A DNA stretch of 64,000 bases from Callorhinchus milii (lineage: Eukaryota), in contig NW_024704743.1 in NCBI RefSeq assembly GCF_018977255.1, positions 87,484,001 to 87,548,000 of the forward strand, in the 5' to 3' direction. Each line of letters starts with the position of its first letter. The first letter of the stretch is position 1. This document shows, piece after piece, positions 13,742 through 64,000 of this stretch. The translations under genes were made by a program, and so were the position numbers. Below the pieces are notes generated by a model. The model had not been told where the DNA came from. It searched no databases and was given only the letters and a program-made list of their open reading frames with translations.

Positions 13742-14971
13742 TTGGTCTACAAGCAGGGTTACTGTACTTGACAATAATGATTATGAAATGCTTTGAGACG
13801 CTTCAATGTAGTATATGTGATGTTGATCTACATATATTTTTTCATGCACCTCAGAGCTGGATAGAGATATCTTTGGTGGTTCAGAGTTTGCTTCAGTGCT
13901 TTTTTCCCCATTCTGGACCCCCAGTACCACTATCAATTAGGTACAGTACAATCATACTGTGCTGTGGCAATCATGTTTATTACAGGCTTTCTTGTTGAGC
14001 AATGTATCAGGTAGGCTTTCCACCTCTGTGTCGATTGACCATGACACTGTGGGTGATTTCCAGCATTCTTTAATCCACAGAATTTAGTAGGTATCTAATG
14101 TCAAACACTATATCCTTAGTAAAACTTTCCCTGGTAATAGCTTGTACTGTTCTCTTCTTACGTATGTGCCTTGTGCCACATTTGAACCATAATAGCTGAT
14201 TGAAAATATCATCATGTTATTTGATAGCAAACGTCTGGAGGAACAGGTTTCATAAGCTAATAATTTTGCCAAAAAAAGAGTTGAACATACTGGAAGTTTG
14301 TCGCCCAGAACTTCAACCCTTGAGTGCTTTACCATGTTAATATCACCATTCACTTTACTGTGTTTGTGTACAATAAAACATATAATAGTTTTTCAGAAGA
14401 TATATATTAAATGTGTATAAAAACTTTAACAGAGAACAGAAGAAAAGTTATAAATTTAAACAACACAAGCATGTTTATCAATGGTTTTGACACGAGAGTC
14501 CTTTTTACATACCCTATTGAGTTGTTGTTACCATTTTAGGAGCAGCATTGACAGAAGCTAAGCTCTTCTCTTTAGGAAATGGAGCCCAGCACTCCGGATC
14601 ATTCTTTAATTGCTAGTCATGGAACAATATTCACAGAAGCTTTAAAACAATGTTCAACCATTCTTCCCCTTGATTGAGGAATAGTGATTGGTGTAAGAAC
14701 TGAAAACAGGTAAAGAAATTAAAAATACAATGGGGAAAAAAAAGTCTATAACTAATGAAAGTGGCAAACATAAATAACACTGCACAATAACCTAGTAAAT
14801 AAGATATACAATATTGCAACTACTTTAACACTTAACAGTTATTGAGAACTCGTCATAGTAATTGGGAACGTTTGGTAATCAAAGGTGAGAATTAGATCAA
14901 ATAATAGAAGTTGGTTACACTAATTCCTGGTATTAGGTGGCCTATGAATGCATTCCTCACAGATGCACATT

Positions 14972-53963
<38,992 letters not shown>

Positions 53964-54239
53964 GGTTCCCGGCCCGCCTGGTCCTCCCGGGCTGCTCCTC
54001 CAGTATCCCGCAATGCCCCGCGCCAGGTCCTGGCAGGTGAGTGGCCCCCAACGCGACGTTCGATTCTCAGCCTCTCTTTTTTTCGCGGTGGGGGGGGGGG
54101 GAGAAAACACACAGCGAACAGCAGGAAGACTCGCGTGACCGCGTTCGTCGGATGCGCGGCGGACAAACTGCTCCCGAGTGCGTTTGGACGACGTCGGATA
54201 AAAGGGTGAAAAAGCGGGAGGATTGATATTGAGAGGGGA

Positions 54240-54349
54240 AGTACACGCCTTGCCGGACCTCCGCGGGACCCGGCGTCTCACTGGGAGCGGAGGCAGCACC
54301 ACCCGCCATCCTGGGCTGGACATACAGCGGCCACGGCCAGGACCGACCG
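54240..54349 (+). other. RBM12B: Candidate non-coding first exon of RBM12B (5' end uncertain)
   Basis: Inside the CpG island; donor CCG|GTACGT at 54349/54350; YY1-like CGCCATCC near 54304; G-rich intron follows. Confidence 0.5.
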
Positions 54350-54489
54350 GTACGTCCTCTCTCCCCCCTCCCTCCCTCCCTGCCTCCCTCCCGAGTCACT
54401 TCCCTTATTTCCCCGCGCGGATCCGGGCTGCGGGTTTGGTTGGGGTGTCAGGTTCACAGAGGAGGGGCTGCCGGCGCCTCACACAGTCC

Positions 54490-56385
54490 GGTGTGTGGGG
54501 GAGGGGGAGCAGTGTGTGAGGGTGTGGGGGGGGGTGTGAGGGGCGGCACTGTGTGTATGAGTGTGTGTGTGTGTGGGGGGGGGCAGTGTGTGGGTGTGGG
54601 GGGGAGGGGGGCAGAGTGAGTGTGTCTGTGGGGGGGAGGGGGGCAGAGTGAGTGTGTGTGTGGGGGGGGGGCAGTGTGTGGGGGGGATGTATGTGAGTAT
54701 GTGGGGGGCAGTGTGTGGGGGGATGTATGTGAGTGTGTGGGGGGGGGAGTGTGTGTGGGGGGATGTATGTGAATGTGTGTGTGTGTGGTGGGGGTTGATA
54801 GTGAGTGTGTGTGTGTGGGGGGTGTATGTGAGTGTGTGTGTGGGGGGGGGATGTATGTGAGTGTGTGTGTGGGGGGGGATGTATGTGAGTGTGTGTGTGG
54901 GGGGGGGGATGTATGTGAGTGTGTGTGTGGTGGGGGTTGATAGTGAGTGTGTGTGTTGGTGGGGGGGTTAGTGAGTGTGTGTGTGTGGGGGGGTGTATGT
55001 GAGTGTGTGTGTGGGGGGGGGGGATGTATGTGAGTGTGTGTGTGTGTGGGAGGGAGTGTAGTGAGTGTGAGTGTGGGAGGGGGGGATTAGTGAGTGTGTG
55101 TGGGAGGGGGGGGGTTAGTGAGTGTGTGTGGGAGGGGGGGTTAGTGAGTGTGTGTGGGAGGGGGGGTGTGAGTGTGTGGGGAGGGGGGGTTAGTGAGTGT
55201 GTGTGGGAGGGGGGGTTAGTGAGTGTGTGTGGGAGGGGGGGGTAGTGAGTGTGTGGGGGGGGGGGGTGGTGTGGGGGGGGGGGGGGTGGTGTGGGGGGGG
55301 GGTTAGTGAGTGTGTGTGGGGGGGGGTTAGTGAGTGTGTGTGTGAGAGTGTGGGAAGGGGGGGGTTAGTGAGTGTGTGTGGGAGGGGGGGTTAGTGAGTG
55401 TGTGTGGGAGGGGGGGGTTAGTGAGTGTGTGTGGGAGGGGGGGTTAGTGAGTGTGTGTGGGAGGGGGGGTTAGTGAGTGTGTGTGGGGGGGGGTTAGTGA
55501 GTGTGAGTGTGTGGGAGGGGGGGGTTAGTGAGTGTGTGTGGGAGGGGGGGGTTAGTGAGTGTGTGTGGGAGGGGGTTAGTGAGTGTGTGTGGGAGGGGGG
55601 GTTAGTGAGTGTGTGTGGGAGGGGGGGGTAGTGGGGAGGGGGGTTAGTGAGTGTGTGTGGGAGGGGGGGGTAGTGAGTGTGGTGGGGGGGGGGGTTAGTG
55701 AGTGTGGTGGGGGGGGGGGGGGTGTGGTGTGGGGGGGGGGGGGTGTGGGGGGGGGGGGTTAGTGAGTGTGTGTGGGAGGGGGGGTAGTGAGTGTGTGTGG
55801 GAGGGGGGGTTAGTGAGTGTGTGTGGGAGGGGGGGTAGTGGGGGGGGGGTTAGTGAGTGTGTGTGGGAGGGGGGGTAGTGAGTGTGAGTGTGGGAGAGGG
55901 GGTTAGTGAGTGTGTGTGGGAGGGGGGGTTAGTGAGTGTGTGTGGGAGGGGGGGTTAGTGAGTGTGTGTGGGGGGGGGGGTGGGGGGGGGGGGGGGGGGT
56001 GTGGGAGGGGGGTAGTGAGTGTGTGTGGGAGGGGGGGTAGTGAGTGTGTGTGGGAGGGGGGGTAGTGAGTGTGTGTGGGAGGGGGGGTTAGTGAGTGTNN
56101 NNNNNNNNNNNNNNNNNNNNNNNGGTGTGGGGGGGTTGTGTGTGTGGGGGTGTGTGGGGGTGTGGGGGGGTTGGTGGGGTGTGGGGTGTGTGAGGGGTGT
56201 GGGGGGGGTGGGTGGTGGGGGGGTGTGTGGGGTGTGGGGGGGGGTTGGTGAGGGTGTGTGGGGGGTGTGGGGGGTTGGTGGGGTGTGTGAGGGGTGTGGT
56301 GAGGGGTGTGGGGGGGGGTTGGTGGGGTGGTGGGGTGTGTGAGGGGTGTGTGGGGGGGTTGTGGGGGGGGGAGGGGGGGTTTGGT
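54490..56385. repeat. G-rich minisatellite (unit about GGGAGGGGGGGTTAGTGAGTGTGTGT) with a 25-N gap at 56099-56123
   Basis: Visible directly. Confidence 0.95.
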
Positions 56386-57454
56386 GAGAGCTGCCGTTGT
56401 CTCTTTTCAAATCAGAGCAACGAGGAGGCACGAGGCTGTGGCGGTTACACTGGACCCTAACCCCCGTGTGTAACAACATCCTCTGTCATGTAATATCTCC
56501 CCCCCTCCCCCCCCCCCCCCCCCGTGTATAATATTATTATTTATATTATCTTCTCTGTGTGTAATTTAACATTCCCCCCACCCTGTGTGTAACACCCCCC
56601 CTGCCGCTCCCTGTGTGTAATAACACCACACCCTCCCATCCCTTGGTGTGTGTGTGTGTGTGTTATAGTTATACCCTCCCGTGTCTGGAATAGTAGCACT
56701 GGTCCATTTTATATCCCCTGTCGGTGTGATAACATCACCTCCTCCCACCACCTTCGTGTTTGTAGTATTCCCCCTATACGTGTGTATAATAATAATCTCC
56801 CAGGAATGTAATAATGTCCCCACTGCCCCTGTGTATGTAATAACATCTCCACTGCCCCAATGTAATCACGACATTGTTTATTATTAACGTGTTTGTTTAA
56901 TTGTAGTTACAGTACTATGTTTCTCATAAAGGATGAAGCTAAGTTTTGCTTTTTTAATTTTGCTGTTTCTGCTTTGCTCCAGTCTGGAAGTTTATTGGCA
57001 CGTGCACTTGAAGTAGGTTTTATTTTGTCTCCACTTTGTTCACCAAATCACAGAAGCGTTGAGAGGAATAGCCCTGAGTATTATTTTTGAACTGAAACAA
57101 AGATAAATTCTATCAAAAGATAGATAAATCCTATAAAAAAGAGAAATCGTACAAGAAGAGAAATGGATCTTGTGAGTGAACTTGAATATTGCTGGTATTT
57201 GAACTGAATATTGTCTTCATTTAGCTGTTTAGAACTGGCGCTGGTGTTACTGGATTGATGACAAGACAGTTTTCACTTCCATCTGCTCCAGAATGACCAC
57301 TGGTTATCAAAAATGTTGTTTATCTTTGTGTGTGGAGATAATTGGAATAAACACCCTGAAGTTTGCTGCATTTCCAGTCAAATATGTGTGTGCTGGATTT
57401 TGAAAAGGACACCTTATTAGGACCTGACGAATATTGAAACAACTGTTTATTGTG

Positions 57455-57792
57455 TCCCTACCAACCTGCCCGCCCCCTCCGTTCAGCGAGCTCTGGTCTG
57501 CTCCATGTCTCCCGCCCTACCATCGGTGGCCGGGCTTTCAGCCTCTCTGCCCCCACACTCTGGAACTCCATCCCACGGTCCCTTCGCTTCACTTCCTCCC
57601 TCGCCTCCTTCAAGGTCAGTCTCAAGACCCTTCTCTTCAATCGTGCCTGTGTTCACCCTCCCACCTCTCTGCCTTCCCTCACCCCTACCCCACCCCTCCC
57701 CCATGCTCGGGCCCCGACACCTGACTTCAGCGCTTTAGTACGTCCTCCTGATGTGAAAGGCGCTCTATAAATGTAATTTTGTTCTTGTTGTT
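57455..57792 (+). mobile_element. L2 3' end in an RBM12B intron
   Basis: PYQPARPLRSASSGLL...GGRAFSLSAPTLWNS...LKTLLF; near-identical to 23469-23740 reverse complement; stem-loop tail. Confidence 0.88.
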
Positions 57793-58541
57793 TGAATATA
57801 ACTATGACTGGGTGAATTTGAAGGACTTAATTTTAAATTCGTATTTTGAATTCTGCACATGGAGTATGATTGGAAAAGGATGACTTATTAGGACTTTTGT
57901 AAACGAATCCATGGGTTAACAAGTTTCGGAAGAGAAATTGTGCAGTTGGATTGGAAATATTTGTCAGTAAATTTTAAGGCTCAACAAGAGAAGATCTTTG
58001 ACTTTTTAATTCCTTCCCCTGGGGATTGTGCTGCAACCACTAAAGAAGCACTGTTTGCAAATGCAGTTATATTGGAAATACCATGGACTCCAATTTAACA
58101 AGACAATGCCTTACACGGATGGGACAATTTTAGTTCATGCTGTGTTCTCCATAAAGGAAAATAACGTGCAATCAATTGAGCAGGATGCATCTTTTAGAGC
58201 TGGGATGCAACGACAATGATGAGAAGATTCGAATGAAACATTTTGCTGATGATGTATTCAATGAATCCAAAATGTTCAGTATATATTTTGAATAGAGCTG
58301 CTTTTTGTTGCACGGTGTTTATGTTGAATATCACAAAATCAAGAGCTTTCTTATCTGTAAAGTAGATTTCAAATAGGTTGAAGAGTGTAGAGTGTTGAAA
58401 TCTAGTTTAAAATTTGCATTTGCAAAGTATAGGGATTTGAAATTTGGATGAGTGCAAACTTTTTCATCATTCAGATTAGAATCTTGTTTAGTTTTATTCT
58501 ATTATTACTGGTATTGACCTTGTCCAATTATTTTTTTGCAG

Positions 58542-58610
58542 TCTGTAAAGTTGGTTTTAACACGCTTATCAGGTGTTCACTGCTTCTTAAAGAAAATGCC
58601 CTATTGACAG
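58542..58610 (+). other. RBM12B: Candidate 69-nt 5'UTR exon of RBM12B
   Basis: Strong acceptor tttttttgcag| and consensus donor CAG|GTAAGT in unique sequence between the CpG island and the coding exon; RBM12-family genes have short non-coding 5' exons. Confidence 0.65.
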
Positions 58611-60399
58611 GTAAGTGATTCTATGCAGGTGTTAGACAAGTAAAAATCCCCTTTAACGTATCAAGCGTCAATTTTGTCATGTACACACAATTATTCCTTT
58701 ATTGGCATTATTATTCAGTTTGAGTAACCGGTGATCGATACCTATTAGAAACAAAAAATAATTGCAGCAATCGAGACACTCACAGTTTTTTTTATTTTGC
58801 TGTGCAAGGATAGGAACTCATCGTTCAAACTGCAGAGAACTTGGATTTCCTGTGTTGCACCCACTCTTTCCCCTCCATGGGATTTTGCTTAATAACGGAG
58901 CAAAAACTCTTTCAGAATACATTTGGATAATTCCTGGTGTATATAAGATATCATATACATCAGGTATCTTATATCAACTCAGCAGTTTTCTCTAGAATAT
59001 GTTGCAGCCTTGTGAGCAGGTATAGAATTTAATTTACAGACTTGCAGTTATTTCGTTTCTAATTCCTTCAGCGTTGAATATCAAAACATTTATGCAGTTT
59101 TACATTGGCAAATCTGATTGACCTAACAATCTTTCATCTATTAAATACTATTTAGTATGATCAGATGTTGTACCGAAAATTACTCTGTAAGGTAGCTCAT
59201 TTGACCCATGAAGCCAATGCTTGTGAATAGCACATACTTATTTACTGTACATCCTGGATTAATTTTCTTCCCAGTGAGAGCAGCAAAATTGGACAAAATG
59301 ATAGAGGCATACAAATTAAGAATGGTAAAATATGTGCAGATTGTTTCATTTTTGGTCATGTTTATTCAAACTCCCTGTAGATTAGGAATTTGGTAATTTG
59401 CTAATCAGTTATGGGCAGCCTGCAATGAGCCTTCTCGTTGGGATTTCTTTTATAAACTAATAGTTCGGGATATAAAAATGAAACGGCCATTTGGCCCATT
59501 GTAATTCATCCCTTTATTATATTAACTTGTCTTTCATGGCACCTAATTTTTTTGAATAACGCCAATATTGCTGTTTCTAACCTTCCTTGGTAAATTACAC
59601 CAAGGTAATTGTACGTATTTAGCCTATGTAAGAGAACGTATATGAATCTCAGTCAAATATTGAAATAAGTTTTGTTTTTCACACTGTTTTAGTAAAATTC
59701 AGATCTTGGCCCAGCCACCACCTGAGTTTGTATGATTATTAATTTAGCAACAATGTTAATTATCCATGGCTGCATAAACTATTTTGAATTAGAAGTATTT
59801 GCAAACGCACAGAAGCTTTCAAAATTTAGCTTTTTTTTCACTTATTGAATATAATTTAAGGTGATAGCCCAAAATCAATAGAAATGATAAACAGAAGTAA
59901 GAATATGGAATTATTCTATTAATTTATTTAAAGATGTTGTCACCGATTGAATGTTTAGAATATATAGAAATGAGATACAGAAATGCACTATTCTCTGTCG
60001 CATAGGAAAATCGGAATGCATAGTACTGGAAAAGACCATTGAGATTCAAATGACCCAAAGTAGAAAAAATAAAGAAATTGGTGTTGATACAAAATCCAAT
60101 GAGCATTTTATAGATTACTTGTAATTATCATCTGCCTGGAAAGATAAACATTTATTTTTCATCTTAATACATTCTACAGAAGATTGTTGAGAATTGTACA
60201 TAAGTGGAATTTTCAGATGTAAATGCGGAAGAGAACTTGGAATGGATAAGATACTAGTTTGAGATTGTTTCTGTAAAGATGGAGTAGCATTTTGGCCAGT
60301 ATGAGAGTGATGTTGATCAGTAAGATCAAGTCTTGGGTAAACCTTAACTTTCTACAACTCAGTTTTAAATAATCTGAAGCTGCTCTTCTTGCGTACTCA

Positions 60400-61093
60400 C
60401 CTCAGTAGCTGACAATATAGATTTCCCCAGGCACTCGCTCCAAATCAAGGTGTCTGTGAGGAATCTCGTTGTTTTATTCAGCTCCTTAAACCTTTCACGT
60501 GAGCCTGACCAAGTCCACCTTCTTCCATCTCTGCAACTCCATTACTACCTCACCCCCAACATAGCCAACCGCTTTGTCACATCCAGACTTGACTTCTCCA
60601 ATACTTTTCCTGCTCTCCTTCCCAAGCTCCATTGTCCACAAGCTCTGTGCCTTGCAGAAATCTGAAGCCAGCATCCTGTCCTGCAAACACATCCTTGCCT
60701 GACTCCAACAGCTCCCCATTCTCCAGCGGATCAACTTTAAGATCCTCATCCTTATCTTGAAATGTTTTCACAGAATTGCCCCACCATATCTCTGTGATCT
60801 CCTGAGAATATACTCTTGGCTTTCCCAACTTCTCTGCCAACTCTGACCTGGTTTGTTGGCGGGTGAACTTTCAGCCACTTTGCTTCAGTCCTGTAGAACT
60901 CTCTTCCAACATTCTGCTGCCTCGACTCCTCTCGCTCGGATTTCAAAACCTCTCTAACAATCTATCTTTCTTTGACTCGTCATTCAGCCCCCGCCCCCCC
61001 CCCCCCAATCTCAGGCACTCGCTCTATCTTTGTAAAGGTTTTTGAGATGTTTTACCTATGTGAAGGGCAATATGTCAGTGCAAAATGTTGTTG
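60400..61093 (+). mobile_element. Old degenerate L2 fragment
   Basis: VRNL...FVTSRLDFSN; CTCCCCATTCTCCAGCGGATCAACTTTAAGATCCTCATCC; tail GTGAAGGGC...TGTTGTTG. Confidence 0.7.
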
Positions 61094-61734
61094 GATGGGC
61101 TGTAATGCAAAGCAAGGAAACTTAATCAAATACATTCTCCATGAGAACTTTTTAGTTAATTGATAAAGGAAGATCCTAGTTTGTTTATTACTCATTTCAG
61201 TAGGATGACTGAATAGTTCTTTGAAGAAGGAAGAAAAATGTTGGTAGTGAATGCATTTGGCTTGACAATTATTTTGATATACATATTAGTGTGAAAATGC
61301 AACATTATTCCCATGTTTGCAATTTGATTGCATTCCATAAGGATGAATTGCATACCATTGAGATATTGGTGCAGAATTAGAAAAAACATTCTTGAATCAA
61401 TTTTGTTTAAATTTTTAAATAGGTGGGAAATTGTATCATTCTCTGTGGAATATTCATGTTGATATCAGCAGAATGGTCAAAGCATTAAACACTGTTTGGA
61501 GGTGTTCAATGAGTTTGAGGTTGATGGTTATATTTTTGAAGTTTTAAGTGATGACTATATTTTTAAAAGTCTGTATAAAAAAATAAGAATCGGCTTTATT
61601 AAAATGAGCATTTTTTGACCTGTTGATATTGCATTTGGAAGTTAAATGAAGTATCCAGCACTTTGAAATAATTTGACGTCATCCTGTGTGCCTTTCTTGC
61701 CTGCAGGTGACTTTTGCTATTGATAGAGCTCAGC

Positions 61735-63924
61735 ATGGCTGTGGTCATCCGCTTGCAGGGGCTCCCAGTTTCTGCAGGGACCTTGGATATTCGTCACTTC
61801 TTCTCTAGATTAACCGTTCCTGATGGAGGGGTACACATTATTGGTGGTGAAGTTGGAGAGGCATTCATTGTATTTGCCACAGATGAAGATGCACGACTTG
61901 CTTTGATGAGGTCTGGGGAAACTCTTAAAGGGAACAGAACAAAACTAACATTAAGTAGCAGGAGTGAAATGCAGAATACAATTGAAATGAGTCGTAAGCG
62001 ATACACACATTCTAGTGAAGAAATGCGCAGTGCTAGAAGGTCAGGATCCAGCAGTTCTGGTACAGATCGGTTAAGTAGCATGCCTCCTGCCTTAGCTGCA
62101 AATTTAGTTGCAGCAATGCAACATGGAATGAATAGGGTGGGGTTTAATTCCAGTAATGTTGGAGGTTCCTGCATAAACTACAGTTCTCGAATGGATCCTA
62201 TGATGAGTGGTAATATGTCTGCAATGTCCTCTTTATCTTCCTCACATAATGTTCCAGTTTCCTCCATGACCACATACTCTGAAATGTCTTCTAGATCAAT
62301 GAATAATAGCTTGAATAAATTTAATGGCTCTGGGTCAATGGGTCCCTCTACCAATTCCATTCATGGTCAGACAGGTGAACAAGGACCCGATGACATTTAT
62401 TTGCGTTTATATGGCATGCCATATTCAGCAAAAGAATTGCAAATAAGAGAATTTTTCCACAATCTGCAAGTTGAAGGAATTCGGCAAATGAAGGACTATC
62501 GAGGTCGGAAAACTGGAGAAGCTTATGTCCGATTTGCAACTTCTTGGGATGCATCTGAAGGACTAAAATGTCACAGAAAATACATGGGGCAGAGATTTGT
62601 GGAAGTTTATCCAGCTACAGAAGAGCAATGGAATTGTGCACGAGTTAGCCTGGATGTGGAGGATAGAAATTCAGATGTGATTCGAGGAAATCGAGGCTAT
62701 TCCCCTCATGAACTAAAGTATTCTCATACTCTATCAAGATCACCTCGGAGATGCAGATCACGAACTCGTTCCCCTCATGATGCAGAATATTGCGTACAGC
62801 TGAAAAATATTCCTTATGGTGCTGAAAAGAAAGATGTGCGTCATTTCTTTCATGAGCTGGATATATCAGAAGACCAAATTTATCTTGTACATGATTCCTA
62901 TGGTAAAAGTACAAAAGAAGGTTTTGTTGTGTTTAAAAACTCCTCTGACTACCGTAGAGCTCTAAAATATCACAAAGAATGCATTGGGAACCGTGCGATT
63001 TATGTTTACCCCATTGCCAGAAGAGCTATGGTAGATTTGATAGATACTGTTAAGAGGCAAAAATCAAGAGAAAGACCAGTTTGTAAATTGGAAGATAAAA
63101 GGTACGAGCCAAAACAAGAGCCTCATTGCTTTTCAAGATTATATATATACCTTCGCAACCTTCCATTTGATATCTCGAAGTCTGAGATCTGTAAATTCTT
63201 TGAGGGATTTTTTGTAGCTGATGATTGGATCTCCATAATTGTTGACAGTAAAGGTATTGGACTAGGGGAAGCTTTGGTCAAGTTCAAGTATGAGGATGAT
63301 GCACTAAGGGCTGCGCGTTTGCAGGGCAAAAAAATTGCTGGAAGAGAAGCTTTCCTAAAGCTTATTACTTCAGAACAAGTACTTGACCTTGGTGTCGGTT
63401 GTGCACCTGAAAGATCAAAAGGTCAAAAAGATTATTATTTTGGTTGTGGTGGTAGTGATGGTGATCATTCATTGCCTTTTGATGTCCATGAATTAGCTGA
63501 ATCTCCCTTTGAAATTTATGGTGGTTTGGGTTCAGGAACATCCATGCAAAGATCAAGGTGTGGCCAAGAAGAAGGATATTATAGAGAGTTTGAGACTGGA
63601 AACAGCAACTTTGGAGGCTCCACTGGATGCCGGTATGGATCTGGATTTGATTCAGGGTACCAAGGTAATATGGGAATGTCCAGTGGGATAGCTGCTGTTA
63701 AGGCTTTCAACCTGCCTTTCAAAATCTCAGTCAATGAAATTTTGGATTTCTTCTATGGTTATCGTGTTATTCCAGATGCAGTCACTATACGGTTCAATGA
63801 CAATGGATTGCCAGCAGGTGATGCTGTAATTGCATTTGAAACTGTTGATGAAGCAATGGCTGCTGTTCAAGACCTGAATGAGAAACCAATTGGAAAAAGG
63901 AAAGTCAAACTGAGCATGCTATAA
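61735..63924 (+). CDS. RBM12B: RNA-binding motif protein 12B; single coding exon, 729 aa, five RRM domains
   Basis: N-terminus MAVVIRLQGLP...DIRHFFSRLTVPDGGVHIIGGEVGEAFIVFATDEDAR is typical of RBM12/12B. Five RRMs, an SRSPRRCRSRTRSP linker and an intronless CDS. Acceptor cttgcctgcag| ends at 61706. Head-to-head position with TMEM67 favours RBM12B over RBM12. Confidence 0.93.
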   Translation: MAVVIRLQGLPVSAGTLDIRHFFSRLTVPDGGVHIIGGEVGEAFIVFATDEDARLALMRSGETLKGNRTKLTLSSRSEMQNTIEMSRKRYTHSSEEMRSARRSGSSSSGTDRLSSMPPALAANLVAAMQHGMNRVGFNSSNVGGSCINYSSRMDPMMSGNMSAMSSLSSSHNVPVSSMTTYSEMSSRSMNNSLNKFNGSGSMGPSTNSIHGQTGEQGPDDIYLRLYGMPYSAKELQIREFFHNLQVEGIRQMKDYRGRKTGEAYVRFATSWDASEGLKCHRKYMGQRFVEVYPATEEQWNCARVSLDVEDRNSDVIRGNRGYSPHELKYSHTLSRSPRRCRSRTRSPHDAEYCVQLKNIPYGAEKKDVRHFFHELDISEDQIYLVHDSYGKSTKEGFVVFKNSSDYRRALKYHKECIGNRAIYVYPIARRAMVDLIDTVKRQKSRERPVCKLEDKRYEPKQEPHCFSRLYIYLRNLPFDISKSEICKFFEGFFVADDWISIIVDSKGIGLGEALVKFKYEDDALRAARLQGKKIAGREAFLKLITSEQVLDLGVGCAPERSKGQKDYYFGCGGSDGDHSLPFDVHELAESPFEIYGGLGSGTSMQRSRCGQEEGYYREFETGNSNFGGSTGCRYGSGFDSGYQGNMGMSSGIAAVKAFNLPFKISVNEILDFFYGYRVIPDAVTIRFNDNGLPAGDAVIAFETVDEAMAAVQDLNEKPIGKRKVKLSML

Positions 63925-64000
63925 GTTCAGTGGAACATGTGTTTGTTATTAACAAATGCATTTTAGGTTGGGTGAACTGGAAGGCAATTTCTATATGGCA

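Noticed and set aside
12171..13998. ORFs across the CA/GA tract
   Set aside because: Low-complexity translation artefacts.
13976..14610. TMEM67 polyadenylation signal (AATAAA at 13976-13981, ATTAAA at 14605-14610, minus strand)
   Set aside because: Several candidates in AT-rich sequence; cannot choose without 3'-end data.
53964..54240. RFX X-box expected for a ciliary gene promoter
   Set aside because: No convincing GTYNCY-AT-RGNAAC match found by eye.
54561..56479. Gly/Val/Cys-rich and Pro/Thr/His-rich ORFs
   Set aside because: Translations of the minisatellite.
58215..58245. C/D-box snoRNA in the RBM12B intron (ATGATGA...CTGA)
   Set aside because: The boxes are too close together and there is no terminal stem.
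61714..61734. ORF-track N-terminal extension of RBM12B (MLLIELS)
   Set aside because: It starts at TTG; the family N-terminus MAVVIRL begins at ATG 61735 in good Kozak context.

Overview
Eukaryotic vertebrate genomic DNA, most likely from a cartilaginous fish (inferred from the DeuSINE/L2/CR1 repeat content, not proven). It holds two divergent genes that share a CpG island at about 53.7-54.5 kb. (1) TMEM67 (meckelin/MKS3) is complete on the minus strand. I traced all 28 coding exons by hand from ATG 53963 to TAA 14972. Every intron is GT-AG and phase-compatible, giving a 2952-nt CDS (983 aa). (2) RBM12B is on the plus strand, with a single coding exon (ATG 61735 to TAA 63924, 729 aa, five RRMs) and two candidate non-coding 5' exons. 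The rest is intron or intergenic DNA containing tRNA-Ala-headed DeuSINEs, an older SacSINE1-like DeuSINE, L2 and CR1 LINE fragments, MITEs, a 1.2-kb CA/GA low-complexity tract, and a 1.9-kb G-rich minisatellite with a 25-N gap. I found no convincing new gene system. The best leads are: SINE 3' stem-loop variants in which only the youngest copies match the local L2 loop; a decayed, rearranged duplicate of TMEM67 exon 12; a compact bidirectional promoter with a possible antisense-overlapping first exon and a 3-codon uORF; and an E-to-C change in a conserved TMEM67 motif that may reflect a micro-inversion. Exon boundaries were read base by base. Repeat boundaries are approximate. Human comparisons are from memory.
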